In this document: one piece after another, positions 20,301 to 35,300 of the stretch
Layout: every line of letters begins with the position of its first letter
How positions within the stretch are numbered: the first letter of the stretch is position 1
NCBI GenBank assembly: GCA_003344405.1
Contig: NOWV01000002.1
Location: 124,001 to 188,000 of the forward strand
Length of the DNA stretch: 64,000 bases
Source of the DNA: Trichoplax sp. H2
Taxonomy: Eukaryota
Reading direction: 5' to 3'
The notes under the pieces: generated by a model
Databases searched by the model: none
Told to the model about the DNA's origin: nothing
Seen by the model: only the letters and a program-made list of their open reading frames with translations
Made by a program: the position numbers and the translations under genes

Positions 20301-23300
20301 AAACTGGATATGAGGAAGTGTATTAGTACTGTATATCGAAGCTTCAAATCCTGTTGGCAATTTTGAAATTTTTGTCGCATACGAGTTAAAAGTGCCATTG
20401 AAGATCTTGCGATCATAATTCTATATACTACTAAATACCATTCTTAGTATCAATCAGCACAATACTACACCGATATGACTAGAGTTTCCAGATTCAAGTT
20501 TTACAAGAAGTTTTAATTTGCTTATTTATTAATGACTGTATTTATTGACAAATTTAGTCATCCTTTATGGAATGAAAATAAGATGCTATTATAAATTCGT
20601 CAACTCTACGGTAGAATATAGTAAATTTGCTGTAAAACCTATCGATAAATGCAGCCTATGAACTTAATAATTAAGGTATATTCATTTTGTTTTCTTAGTT
20701 CTCGGTAATTTTTACCAAAGTTAATATGTAGGATTTTTATTTTTATTTCAGGAAATCACATCGCTAAAATCATCAACTCGACACGACACGCATTTCTAGT
20801 CTCAAATTTCTCGACAAATAATCTTTTCTCATCTTCTATCTATCTTTGTCAATTGAGTCGATTGCATAAAAAATTGCTTTCGAGCGGAATGAATTTATCC
20901 TTCTTCGCCCTATTCTATCCGTAATAATTCAGTTGGTTCCACGGAAATTCCTTTCAGTGTTGAATGCGTATCTATCCTAATTCCAGTGAAATGTCCAAAT
21001 AATTTAATTTCATGGAATTCTATTGAGCACCTGCTTATTTTAATTCCTGAGAAAGTCAATCCAATAGTGGCAAATAGCAAGGCTTAAAAATACAGTAAAT
21101 AAAGTATTTTGGGCTGGCTGACATGAAATAAATCATCACTCAGCTTGTAAGATATTACACCGTAGTAAAATAATATATGATCATAATAATTTATTCAGTT
21201 CACTATACAGCAGCTTAATACTTCTTAAATTATTTTTAAGGAGTACATTATACATATCAGCTTGGATAAAACTGGATAGAAACGACGATTTACTTTCAAG
21301 TTAGCTTTAAAAATGTCTGCTAGTCGCTAGATTAGCATTTCAATAGCAAATAAACTTATATCTTTTTCATATAATTTAGGGTAGTAAAATGCAGTACACA
21401 AAATGGCGACAACATATCGGGGTGCGGCCTAATTTAATTTTATTAGTCTTTAGTGCTGATTGGATCATTTATTTATTTTACAATCGGTCAAAATACCATT
21501 GGCATGCACCGTAAAAATCTATTAGAAAACACTCAGATCAAATCGATAGAAAATATCCTATTACTTTCCTACCAGTAGGCTGAGCAGCTAATAAAAATAG
21601 CAACGTCATATTTGTAGTAATTATAGTAATTCTACCTCGAAGCCTTTATTTATGCCTTTAATATTATGTACTAATAAATAAAATTTTAATTTAATCAACA
21701 CATTGTTTACTTCATTGCTTTCGTCAATAAAAAATTTATTAAACGTGACTTATTGGATTTTTGGAGACAGTAGTCCGACTGTGAAATAAACTTTGCCGTT
21801 TAGGATGAGCAATAACTAAATGGAGTACCAGTACCGAAAGTCTAGTAGAAATATTATTGTAGCTAGTTAGGAAGGTGCATTCTCAGAAATTTTACTTAAA
21901 TCACAAATGTAGTTTTTAACACTAGAAAATTTATTTTCATGCCACTAAGACCATTGCTATTGTTATTGTTATGATATTAATTTAATTTACGAGGTCCAAA
22001 AAATTTAAGGCTATTAATAAGAACAGGCGATAGCTTATTTGACAGCCTAAATGGAGGAATTATTTTATTCCCCAATATTTACTATTGTATCATATAGGCA
22101 TCATTATTCGTAGGTTGGAATAATCACTTTATGAACTCTTGCTAAAACGGAGACAATAAAGTGTATAAGGCAAATTTCTATCTAAGCATATTTTTCAGTA
22201 CCTCTATTAGTTGGCAGATGACAAATAAAGTAACAGTTAGACGAGTAGTGATCGATAAATGAGCAATTATTACTACCATAAACATTCACATTCTTGATTG
22301 AGATACTCCAGAAAATCAGCTAAGAATAAATTGGCACCAGTGAATCCAAGCTTTGACATAATCTGCATATTCAAAAAGTTTTTCTTTAATCATGGCGTTA
22401 AACTTTTTTCTACTTGGTCCATCAGTACGCCTATTTTATGTGCATGACTGCATCATTGTAGTAGGAATATAATTCACTTATTCTCAATCTGACCATAATT
22501 TTCCCTTTTACTAGGATAGAACAAAGTAAATATTACATTATTATCTAATTTCTCTGTGCGTAAGGTTCTGTCAATATTCTGTTCATATCGAAAACACAGA
22601 AACTTTCAGACCACTGATCTATTTAATAAAACTAATAGTGGCTCTTGACGTAACCATCATGTAGCTATACCGCAAATGTATAGCTTATTACTATCCAAAC
22701 AATTTCTTATTACTACTGAATTGCCAATGGATCAAAATTTTACAGCTTTTCGATTGTTACCTTAGCTTATCAGCTAGAGTATATAGGATGAAAAATTATT
22801 AATTGTGAAATTGATAATACTACTTTATCTGCGCTGCGGTCTGTCGATATAGTAGTAATGCTAGAGTAGATTGACTAGCAGCTAAGCTCATTTTCATGGC
22901 GTTTTTCCTACCTCATTTATGAGAACCTTGAAGTCATTAAAATCTAAGTAAATTTACGTTCAGTTTTGCAGTAATGATTTATATAATATCTTATAAAGCA
23001 ATTAGCATGGAAAAATACCCTTCTATATTATGTTAACTTAATAGTTATTCACAGTTATCATACTTAATCTACTGATAGGCGTAGCAATTATTATTTAATA
23101 TTAGCTTTATGAAAAGCAAATTATTTCTTGCTTGATTTCGTTTTAGTCTCAATTATTGATTCTTTAAACACTGCGAATATTTCAGAAAAAGCTTATTTGT
23201 ATTCTATAAACTATATGAGGTAAGAATATAACTTAAAATAAAGCCAATTATTTCCAGACGATATCTATATTTGCCATCAAATAAGTGTAAGGGTGAATTA

Positions 23301-26300
23301 GAAGTAGCCAACAAATAAAATAATGTAAATAAGAGAGTTTATTCTTATGATACATAGTTGAAGTATTATTATTTTTGTCATTTTCCACAGCTGATCAATT
23401 ATGAAATGGTCATAATGGTAAACTAGAATAAAGAGTCCGAGCAGGGAAATAGAAATATTATTATTTCTACTATATCAACTGTGATAAACATAAAATGGAT
23501 ACGTAGCAGTTGCGCCGCATTTTTTATACAATTGAAAAAAACTCTTATCGAGTATCCTCTATCCATTTGATTATATTCCGAGTTTGCCGCAATTGTACTC
23601 AATATCAATTAAAATATTGAATTACTTCCTGGGAATTTACTTTATTTTACCAGAGGCATTGTAGTAAGTAAAAAGAGAACGATGCAAGAAATTAAATTGC
23701 TCAAAATAAGAACATTGATCTGTGCATAATATATATATATATACATATTTGTCATGCTAACGGCTTTCAAAAATAATTCTCTAAGAATCATGTTACATCC
23801 AATCGGAGTAGGAATGCAGAGAGTAAAAAGTTGTTGAGCACGGCACATTAAAAAAATTATTATACTTGAGAATCAGGTTACATCCTGTTTGAGTTGGAAT
23901 ACAAGAGATAGAAATGTATTGGATAATGTATATTCAAATAACTTTTGTTATTAAATCTGAAAAATTATTCACATATCTTTCCTTATACGTAAGATAAAAT
24001 TAATTAATAATAAATAAAAATAATTTGTTTTTCGTAGACATAATGCAGCAATTTGTCAATTAAACAGGAATTTCTAATTTTATCAATATTACATTCCTTC
24101 CTCATTCCTCTTTTATTTTTTATTAAGAATAACAATTGATATTTCGGCATTGCTTATGTAATTAATTTAGTTGAATTAAGTAGAGTTTGCTATCCACATT
24201 TACTAGTTTTACTGATCAGACAGTAAAATCTATATCTCTTATGGGTATTGACGGCCATTAAAATGATTACAGCTGTGAAATAAATCAGGCAATTTCATAT
24301 TTACTAGATATGTGATCTATGTATGTAAGACTTTATTTTATCGGAATGAAATTATAAATTATATTTGTTATTCGAGACAACGCATTGAATAAACTAATTT
24401 TAATAATTGCTAAGTCGACTATTTTAATCAAACTACCTTTCAACTAACTACCAATGTTATCCCATCTTTGTAGTAAATGCTGATGTTTTAATCATTTATA
24501 TATATATTTATTGCTGCCTTAGGTATTTTGCAATAACTTAACCGATACTGTTAACATTGAACGATTACGATACTTTTCGATCAGATTTTAAAATGCAGAC
24601 CAGACGAAACAATTATGTATCTGCATAACTTTACAGTTGTCAATCTAACTCGCTAATTTTATATCTGGTTAGCAATACTTCAGAATCTCATCTTTCAGAC
24701 AGACTTATTTCAAAACTTGCTATGCAAGGAGGATTGCCCTAAAATAAAATAAAATACAAGCATACAATTGCCTGCATGCAAACTCCAGGGATTTAGCACC
24801 TTTTTTCCGAAATAGACTGTTAACATGTTTTCAAGTATATAAATATTAGTTCTATAATATCATTGGCAGAAGCAATAAATCACATTTAAATAGGCATACC
24901 TTTTAGTGATGTAAATTTAAGAAACTGTTTATATAAAATGTTAACTAATACATAATGCTTTCCTAAGCTAATATAAATGATGAATAATATTAATCATAAA
25001 CAAGCCTAATGGAATTCAGCTTTGATGTTCATCACTAGTGAAAATGTTGAAATAGAAATACTTAGGCATATGCTACTGTCCTGATCCAAAATAATCACAT
25101 AAAATTTAGTTAAGCATCGTATTGATAAAACCGTGAGTGTAGTTGTAAGTAATTTATTTTATAACATATATAGATTTCTGTAGAATTTTCTCTTAGTGAT
25201 TCAGCTACTGAAAATGATTAGTCTACTCTTTTCAAGAATTAGGTTTTATATCTTGAGTTTTTGCTTAAAGACTGCATTTTTAGTAATTCAATTCATAGGT
25301 ATAGATGGCTTTCTCATTCAAATGAATCATGTTAAGGCGGTGCATCATGACAAATATTCCATCAATTATTTAGCATAAAATGTGATCGTCTAGTAATTGT
25401 AAAAATTATTATATCAATGAATTATTTTAGTTATACTGGACGTTTTCCCGACATCTAGACTTTTTATGGCCAATCTGTTCTAGCTGATTATCTAATATAT
25501 AATCAATTCATCATATAATGCAACCATTGCCTTTGTTTGAAAACGAAATAATCATCAATTCCGCTAAGACAGTTTGATCGCCCATTACTACATGTACTCA
25601 AAAAATTTATCGGAATTTGAAACCTGACCGTCATAATCAAGAACCTACAATACGCTTGACAAGATTGATTACCGCATAATAATATCATCGATATTTCTAT
25701 ACAGTATATTCTACCTGATAATTAAAATCAGTTTTCTATCGTGATGCAACATTTACAAATTGTATATAATTCCTTAAAATATACGGTAAATAATTTCGAG
25801 TAATAAATAAAACTTGCAATACTGAAAAAATAGTCCTATAATGAAACAACTGAATAAATTATAATTTAAGGAAACAGAATCTGATCAATCTCATGAAAAA
25901 TCAAAAGTATCAAATATCAATCTCTATTTATCACGAATAGTCCAACGCCCTGGTAAATACAACAAAACATGTGTAAAATAATTTGTTATAGTTCTTAATA
26001 TCAAGCGTAAGGTATTACGAACCAAATTTTAAATCATAGCATTATCATATAATGACAAGATTTTTATTATTTAGCATATTGTTATCAAAACTTCGATATC
26101 GAAAGTTTCTGAAAAATAGTTTTGTCATGTCAAATATACAATCAATAGCCGTTGTTATATGGTGAGAATGAGATTAATAAACCTAAATTTTGCAAAATTT
26201 TTTCTCTAGTTTAATTTTTATGGATTTTCCCAGTCGCAATGAAACAGAAATAATTAGATGGTAAATGCCAGCATAAATAAATTTTCATTGTTTTAGTGAG

Positions 26301-29300
26301 TTACTTTTCTATCGTGAAATACAGATCTATAACTAGTTAGACCTTGCATCTTCTATTAAATCACATGTAATACGAATAACACGTATAGAGAAATTTGACA
26401 AATCGAGTTATTAATAGATCTACATCTTGAAGAGCAGGGCATGAATAGCTGGTAGCCTCTGATTTTATCCCAACTTTATGATCAATTAGAAATACTGTTC
26501 ATCTTAAGAAGCAATTTAGAATCGTGCATTTAAATTTTAATTTTAATTTAATGCTATAAAATAAGTACCCGTAATATACATATTAATTCAAAGTATAGAT
26601 TCAGATGGAACCTCATAGCATTTGAAAATTATGAAAAATGTTGATCGAATGTAAATATTAATCCTAATTAAATGATTATTTTACCAAATTGAACTACAGA
26701 TCAGTGGATCATTTTTATATTTAAACTATAGGTCATGCCACAACGCGTAATGTTGATTTAAAATTTGGAAAATGTTTAGACATATGTAAGTGCTGTGGTA
26801 TGTGCAAAGCATATTTTCAATAAATATGTTCAAAAATTCCTTACTCCTTGTACGGAGCAGTTAGAATACTTGTAATTTCAGCGATCCAATGTAATACAAT
26901 CATACAAGATGATATGATTAGTGTTACTACGGCTGTGTAACAACTAATAGAATTCCAGAAATAGATTTATTTATTTGAGATTCTTTTAGACTCTGTGAAT
27001 TATGGATGAAATATTTGAAAATAGTAGCGGCTAAACCGCAAGTTGCACTTGTTTGTTAATGTTGTCATTCATTCGTACGGTATTTCTCATGTGGATTCTT
27101 GCGTTGTAGAACATTCTTAAATTTCGATTTTTATCCTTTACTACGATAGAATAAATCAAATTAATTAAATAATAATAATGTAGATTTATTTAGTCATGTA
27201 TTTTACAGAATATGCTACAGTCGGAGGAAAATAGCAAGAGTATTAAGCGACTGAAGTTATTGTAGAGTTCAATGAAGGTTAGTACTTATTTACTTTGTCA
27301 TTTAACCCTAACAGTAATCTTTTTTGTTAATATAAACAGAGCATTTTTAATTCCTTCAATGAGAATGTCCTCCTAGTAATATTACATATTATTCAGATTA
27401 ATTGATTTTAGTATTGTTAATAAAACGGAAATTATGGAATAGCATTGAAAAGATTTTGCTATTTATCTGCAAAAATTAATTTACTTACTTTATGTGCATA
27501 TAGAAATATCCGGCAATAGAAATTTGATTGAAATATTCTTTCCCAGAATTGTGATGCTTGTATTGTATGAGTGTAATATTATTCTTATAAATCTGATGAA
27601 AAGAAGCGGAATACAATATCATTTTGGTCTAATGCTTTCTAAATCGAATGCCAATTAATTACTGGCTATGAGTTAATCATTTCAATGGAAAACTTTTAAC
27701 TGATAGAGTTGGTTGAAGGTGTTTTTAATTTATCAAGTTATCCTTGACTAACATGTCTTCATATTGGATATCTTTCTTGTCGAGTATATATTTTTCGATT
27801 CATTCTATCCACTATCGTGAGCTATAACTACATTATCTATACAACGTTAGCCAAGATCGGAAAATAATAAATTATTTATGAAATAAGGAGTGACAGATAT
27901 ATATTTATAATATGTTCAACAGATTTAAATTAAATAATTGCTTGTGTTGATGGGCACATATCGGTGCTACATCACTTCGACATAGTTTGCATCATGATTA
28001 ATTTATAAAAGCATTTTGGAGGCAAAAGAATAGCAATGACAATTCAATAATCGATTAGCTGGCATTAACTCTCATTGACGTCTGAATGACAAATATTCAA
28101 CATGTAATCTGAGTCACGCCATTTATAAGCATATATTACAAAATAGAAATATTGGACAATTCTATTTTGTAAATCTTTATTATAAGCTAGTTGTTTATTG
28201 AAGAACAATACAGCGCAGGAAAATATTAATTTATAGTCGTTTAATTTATTGTCTTGAGGTAGAAAATTGGGTTAGAAGTAAAATATGGACTTTGTCACAT
28301 TAGAATATCTAGTTGCAGGAAGCTTACTACAACAGTATCTTCTTCTTCCTTTCTACCTTAGGTAGAAATAGAAATGAAAGAGTAATAGCGCTATCGATTC
28401 TAATTATTTTTTATTTGGTTTCTAAATCAAAGAAACTGTAGGTTACCATGTGAGTAATCGAATTTAGAAATGATAAATTTATCGATACTACACATGATTA
28501 GCGTTTTCATATGGTTACCCTGTTGGCTAGATGGATGAAGGCAAATTGGAAAATGTAAAACCAGCCATTGGCTATGAAAATTTTCTTAAGAATAAGAATA
28601 AGAATGCAGCGTTATTAATTACTGTAAAATATGTTCTTTTTCCAAGGACTTTATCATCATTTCAATCAAACAGCTTGTCTAATTTAGACAATAAACTACG
28701 GTATATAATCAAAGTTCAAGGCGAGATTTTTGTCATGGATTCCGTTGGCTCGAATTCAAAAATGATTAAAATCATTTTATTTCCAAACTCCTTTGTTACT
28801 TCCGCATAGTATTATACAATTGAACTGACCATAGAATAAAATAAGAATGGTTATATTCAAGGCTTTAACAAAATCGTCTATTATTACATTTCGTTTCTAA
28901 ATAAGACTAAAGTAATTATACACGGCAGATTACTAATTCTAGCCTTGCCCCCCCAAAAAAGGAAATAAAAAAATTATGTATACCCTTTCTTGACTTTTCT
29001 CTATTGATTTCTTTACGCATACAGTAGTAAGATCGATTTTCTTTTTCCATTGAGTTGGAAAGACTCTACTACACTCCCAGTGGATTGTAGTCAATTACAA
29101 AATTGACGATATAGGATGATATAAACCACTAGAATAGTTCCCCATCGATGGCCAAATCATGATTATTTATTTAGCTTAACGAATTGTACTCTACTCTACT
29201 GTACTCTATATGTAAAGAGTTGTAGTCTTGAAAATCAATCTACAATACGGCAGTGAAACATTATTCAAAGGTGATGGGACAATTTTAGCCATAATACATT

Positions 29301-32300
29301 ATTAACAACTTACAGTGGTCATTCTATTGGAGATTTCAGTTCAATTCTTCACTAAATGGATTGATATTAACGGCAGTATTAAAGTTTTAATTAGTTATTA
29401 TTATAGCTTACAGTATGCTACCTTATTTCTATTGTTTGTCATCATATTATTCTATCCTAGTATAAATTGTGATGTATAAATAACATTCGCTACCTATAGG
29501 AATTTATATACCGCATTCCAAAATTGTATTCTAATTATGTAGTTCATGGACTTGTTTACATTCTGCAGGTAGAAACATCTTGATAGACAAAAGTGTATTC
29601 TAGAAACATTCTAGTTAACAAAAGCATGTTGTTAAAAGTGAACTCGTGAGGAACGTATATATTCTGCTGGTCTGTGATTACTGTCATTAGAGCCAACTGG
29701 TTGTTTACATATTCAGCTACAAATTATTGTAATCCACAGTGTACAAATCAATTCAAAATTACATCATTGGACAACTAGTACTTATAGGCGAGAAATAGTT
29801 TCGAGAGAGAAAAGAAAAGATTGATAGATTCAAGAAGAAGGAAGATCAAATCGAGTAAGTAAGAGATTTACGTTGATATTCATGAAACCGATTGAATTTG
29901 AAGGCGATTTTGGATTGCCGTTTTACATAGTTGATTTTCTTTCAGTCGGTACTGAACTATTTCTGTCTACAAGTGATATGTGCAACTATGGATCTCTCCA
30001 ATTATTTCTTACTTGATCCCGTAATTTTTTTTTCATCTACCTACTCTCATCTAACGGCAAACATTGTCTATCTACCGTAGAAATTCAAGTTGGTTTGCAA
30101 CAGTAATATCAATTCGTTAATGTGATATTGGTCGCGGTGAAACCGTTTGACTTACTTCACAATGACGAAAACACTACAATCAATTAGTCTAGTAATCTGG
30201 TAAGTGCCTGGGCGTCATTTTTTCGTGCACTCCGTCGTTGTTTAGCAGAGAATCAACTTATCTTTTTTTTCTCTTTTCCCCCCCCCCTTCCCGTCTTGCT
30301 TGTAACGAGCAGACAGTCAGTCTGCGCGAAAAGGTTTATATAACAGCAGTAGCTAATCAATTTTATTGCCCTTATGGCATGATGAAGAGATTGTAAATTG
30401 AATTATTGTAATTTTCACCAGATAAAACAGCATAATATCGGTTAGTACGGTCCTATTTCTCCATTGCTTAATGATTACCGTAGAATACATGTCAAAATGA
30501 TATTCATGTTGACGAAGTTTTTTGCAGGACGAGTGATTGAAATGATAATTGTATTTATTTTTTTTCTCCTTTGCACGTCATGCTAATATCATTTTGACTT
30601 TTGAATTATATCAAAATAATAATTTGAAGAATCGTTCCGATGACATTAAGTACACATGGACAATTATAGCAGTAAACTACATTTGGCTTTGATTTCTATC
30701 TTGACATTTTTACAGTACTACAGGCCTAAATAAACATCGTTGATTAATTTGAAAATAGGTAGTAGTTATTTTTTTTATTTATGGTCTCTATTCGTGTCCA
30801 ACATGGATGTAAAATAGAGCAATTTTTTTTTTTCTTAACCAATTTTGTATCGTCGCTGCTGTTTATCGAAAATAAATACCCCCTACCTATGGATCGACAG
30901 TTTAAAATTTATTTTCAAGCTTGAATCGGGCATTTTGTTGTAGCCAGCCAGTACTTTTCTTGATGAAGAGGACAATAGAAGTGGAATTGATCATTTTTCT
31001 ACGATTATTCTTTGATTGATAAAACGATAATAATACAGTGAAAATAGTATATGCAACAACATTGGTGCCCTTTATAAACGGAACAAATCTACCATCGAGT
31101 ATAATGACAGTCCACTTGTATACTATTTTCCGAGTAATGAGTATAAAAAAAGATAAACTATCGTATTGTCTCCTCCCTGAAGAATGATTAGACGACCGAG
31201 GATTAAGGTAACGCGTATTTTAACCCTTATTTTTATCCTTTTTACCGGTATCCTATTTTAATGGCTTCTCCATCACTATGAAAATAATGATAGGAAAAAA
31301 AATTACAATTTATCCTTTGCTACATGGCTTGACCCATAATGGAACAAATCGTTGCTTTCCTTAACTTGCCTTCCCGTTGATTGTTGTTGTTGTTCATTCT
31401 ATCGTTCCAGTAAGATCACGTCACCGTATTGATCTTAACTGCAAATGGATAATATAAAAGCGATGACGTTATTTTTTTGTTCCTCGTTGGTTTTTGCTGA
31501 TATTAACTTAAATGGACAAACTGGCTGTAATTGCAAAATCAATGACTCATGTTTGAGAAGAAAGGTGATGAGATCATAGTTTTTCCAAGCAAAATGAGCG
31601 ACGTGAGCATATCTATTGGTAGCAGAAGTAACTGGAATTTTAAAAGGGTTTACACGTATGGCGGACAGCTTGTCCGCTTCGTATTCTTATCCACCGATAT
31701 TCCATTGGATTACTAAATAGATCAAATCACGAGTGGCAAGCTATTATCCTCAATAAGCAGTAGTACTGTAATTGTTATTGCTATCGCACTAGAACTGATC
31801 AATCGTACAGTATTGTGCAATCTCCTCTCCCCCAAAATTGTTTATATAGTATGATTTTGTCCTAGGGAATCAATACTTTTAATCTCATGAGCATCGTGTA
31901 TAGAATGAGAATGGAAGTAATAGGCTAATTTGATCCAAGCTAAAGAATAACTGATTAGAATAACACTTACAGCTTGAGTGAAATTGGAAACGCTTCGATT
32001 GAGAAGGCGTTTTGATTACTATTCTCAAGTCGGAATAGTAAATTGTTTCAAAAAAAATTTTCCACACTCACTCAAATGTATGGCAAAGTAGAAAATTAAA
32101 CTTCCTTAAAAGAGGGCTTTAGTTTATTATTTTTAAATTTCTATTCAATTTATCTACTGCCATCCGATGTTGATGTAACTATACAGTATACATTCTAACT
32201 CTAATACATAAAAAGCTGATAGAATACTTAAAAAAAAATTGTCATCGTTTTTCCTTGCTATTGGAGTGTTTTTCACTGTAATGGAATAGAATCGACTGGT

Positions 32301-35300
32301 TGAAGTTGAGATCTCGGTAAAAATATAAATACTCCACAAGATTATTTTCCGTTTACCCCCGCTTTTCAAGGGAAAATATAATGCCTAACTAGATTACTTT
32401 TTATTTACCGTGATAGTATTATTAGGGCAGACGGGAATAGAGATTTAAATGATTGAAATATCACACGGTAGAACAGTTTTGCCTTATCAGCGTGATTTCT
32501 CTTTTTGGGACTCAATATCTACGGGTTGCTTTTTCTCACCGATGTCGTGAAATTCAATTACTGATCGCATAAAAGTTTAAATTTAAGCAGACGCCAATCC
32601 AGCTGAGGTACTCTGTAACCATAATTTAATTATATACCTAATACGACAGTATCGACGATAATTAATTACTATTTTCACGTCTCGTCTTTTTGATGATTGT
32701 ACGTATTTATCCTAGCGTTCTACACATCATCGATTACGGATTACTTCGTCACGACCAAGAATAACGTTCTCGTTTAATATTCTACCGTAAAATTAAATTG
32801 TAAATTTTCAGTTAAACTACTAGGACGCACTTCTTGGTTGTATCAAATACAATTGATACTGCTTATCCTGTCTCATCTTTTTTTCATTTTATTTTGGCCC
32901 ACGGCCTAATTTAATTTACTTTACTACCGCTTTAGCTTTTCCTATTTATTACTACCGATCGACATCAATGCAAGATAGACTTGGGTTAACTACCGTGTAG
33001 CGTTGAGTAAAAAATAAAGCGGCAGCGGCGAAAAGAGAGTTTACATACAATCGGCTTCGGCCAGTGCACTTCTTTTTCGGTTACTACAGTACTTTATCGG
33101 TAGAATTCAATGACTGCATCAGTCCATCATCGGCCTTGATTACGTTTGACTCAACTGAAAGTTGATCGATGGCCATGCAATAATTACTTAGCATTAAAAT
33201 AGTATCGCATGATTGACCTATCGCATAATCAGATGCCCAGTAGGATTATAGTTATGACAAGCTTTTGTTTGCCATTGAATACAGCGTATTTACTTTAATA
33301 AATTCCTAAGTATACAATCGTTAAACTATTATTTAGACTATTACTGTAACTAGCATACCATCTATCAGCAGGTTTGATGTCAAATCAGTCGTAATTAACA
33401 GTAATGTGTCATGGTTGAAATTTGGCAAAATTTCAGCTGCATAACTGTATAAGTACGTAATATTTATAACATCATCTCAAGCTAGGAATAATATAGTTTC
33501 CAACGACATAATTATTTTTTTTCGATTTCAAATAAGATTATGTCGCACGTAAAATTATTTGTTCTCTCAATGATTGCATCAACCATATGGTGATTTATAT
33601 AATATACAATTCATCACCTATCAAACCTTCAATTCTTTGATATATAATTTAATACCAATAAACAATATTAAAACAACGGCTAATGTAATTATCTTTTAAT
33701 ATCTATGCATACGATTTCATTAGCATTTTAATAATGATTAAACTATTTACGGAATGTTTTATTTTTTTGGATCCAATTTCCTTACTACGAGCATTGGCTG
33801 GTTATTTCTTTCGATTAACTTATTTCATCTTGTCGTTGTTTTCTTCCTACTTCCTTTTAACTTTGCCTATCTGATTACTACAAGGTGATTAATCGATCGT
33901 TTTTAAGAAGGCCTCCTTGCAAATTTATCCTTAGATGCTGTAACGTGGATGGCCCAAGTGTTGATCGCCTTCAAAAGTTACTGTTAAACTTGTGTAAGTC
34001 CGTGTTTAAAATGTTACTATAAACTACAATGTAATCATTGCGTGGCAACGTTTAGCCTTGAAATAGCTTTATATCATGATATACCAGTGCAAGAAGTGAT
34101 CATGTTGTCCTAAATTTAGCCAGATAAGGAAGAAATTGGTAATTTAATCGCTTAATACATGATTATTAATTAAGGTTGATAAGAATACAAGGAAAATACT
34201 GTCTAGCGTCTAATGTACAGCATGATTGAGAACTGTTCTATCGTAGTTAATGATTTCATTGGAAGGTCAGATCAGATCGTGATATTTCAGTAATAATTAT
34301 ATAATTGATGTATCCAAGAGCAGAGGCAATATCTCTGTCGATGACAACTAGGGTGAAACAAATAGCTAGTTGATGGCCAACCCTTAATGAATTCCTATTT
34401 CTCATCTCTTCCTATGTCTATTTCCAGGAAAGGCTATTTAAAACATCTGTACTTTATTGACTATTAAGACAAAGATCGCCATGTAAGCATCCTATTAGTA
34501 ATCCATTCACAAGGACACTGTGGTTCATGAATAATTCCAAGTAGATATTTAGTCTTGTTTCCGTGATTGTATAAATTTTACTCTATCTGTCCCACTGCAT
34601 AACAACAACATAATCTATTCGCCATCTTTCTCTATCACAGTAAACTAGCAATCAAACGACTTGTCAGCATTTTGAAATGCTTCGCTGCCGTATTGTTTAT
34701 TGTCCACCATTATTGTACTCATTGCATCAGGGAGTAACATAATTTCACGGGTGTATCGTAATGTAAGCAAGAGTTCAGTAGGAATGATTAATTATTACAA
34801 CAATGACAAAATTTATTTATAGACATTTAGAAAGCATCAAACTTTTATAGGCTGCTGGAACGTCTATACGCGTAGAATCCACTCAAGATGTCGTATCATG
34901 GCATAACGCTTGAGCGACTAGTTGGAAGAGTTCATGCTTTTAGATCTTTGAATGTGCTGCTATACAGTATTATCAAGGCCAGATTATAGAATGATTGTTG
35001 AACAGCTAGTTTTTGACTGTATTTCACGTTGAGAATTAAACTAAACTTTCGTTCATGCCTACGAGTATACTATATACGTTATTCTTCATCATTGTAATAG
35101 CAATTACATTTGCCAAATATAGTACAGCCTCTTAATAATAACTATAACTTTATTATTAAGCTATCTTCAATTTCTTTCTATGACGCAATGAAATGTACAA
35201 GGGGAGATAATTTTGCTATTGAGATCAAGTCCTAATCTCACTTGTTTCCGAGATTAACTCCTTTGATCATGAATTAATGAATTCAAATAGGTATTTGGTT

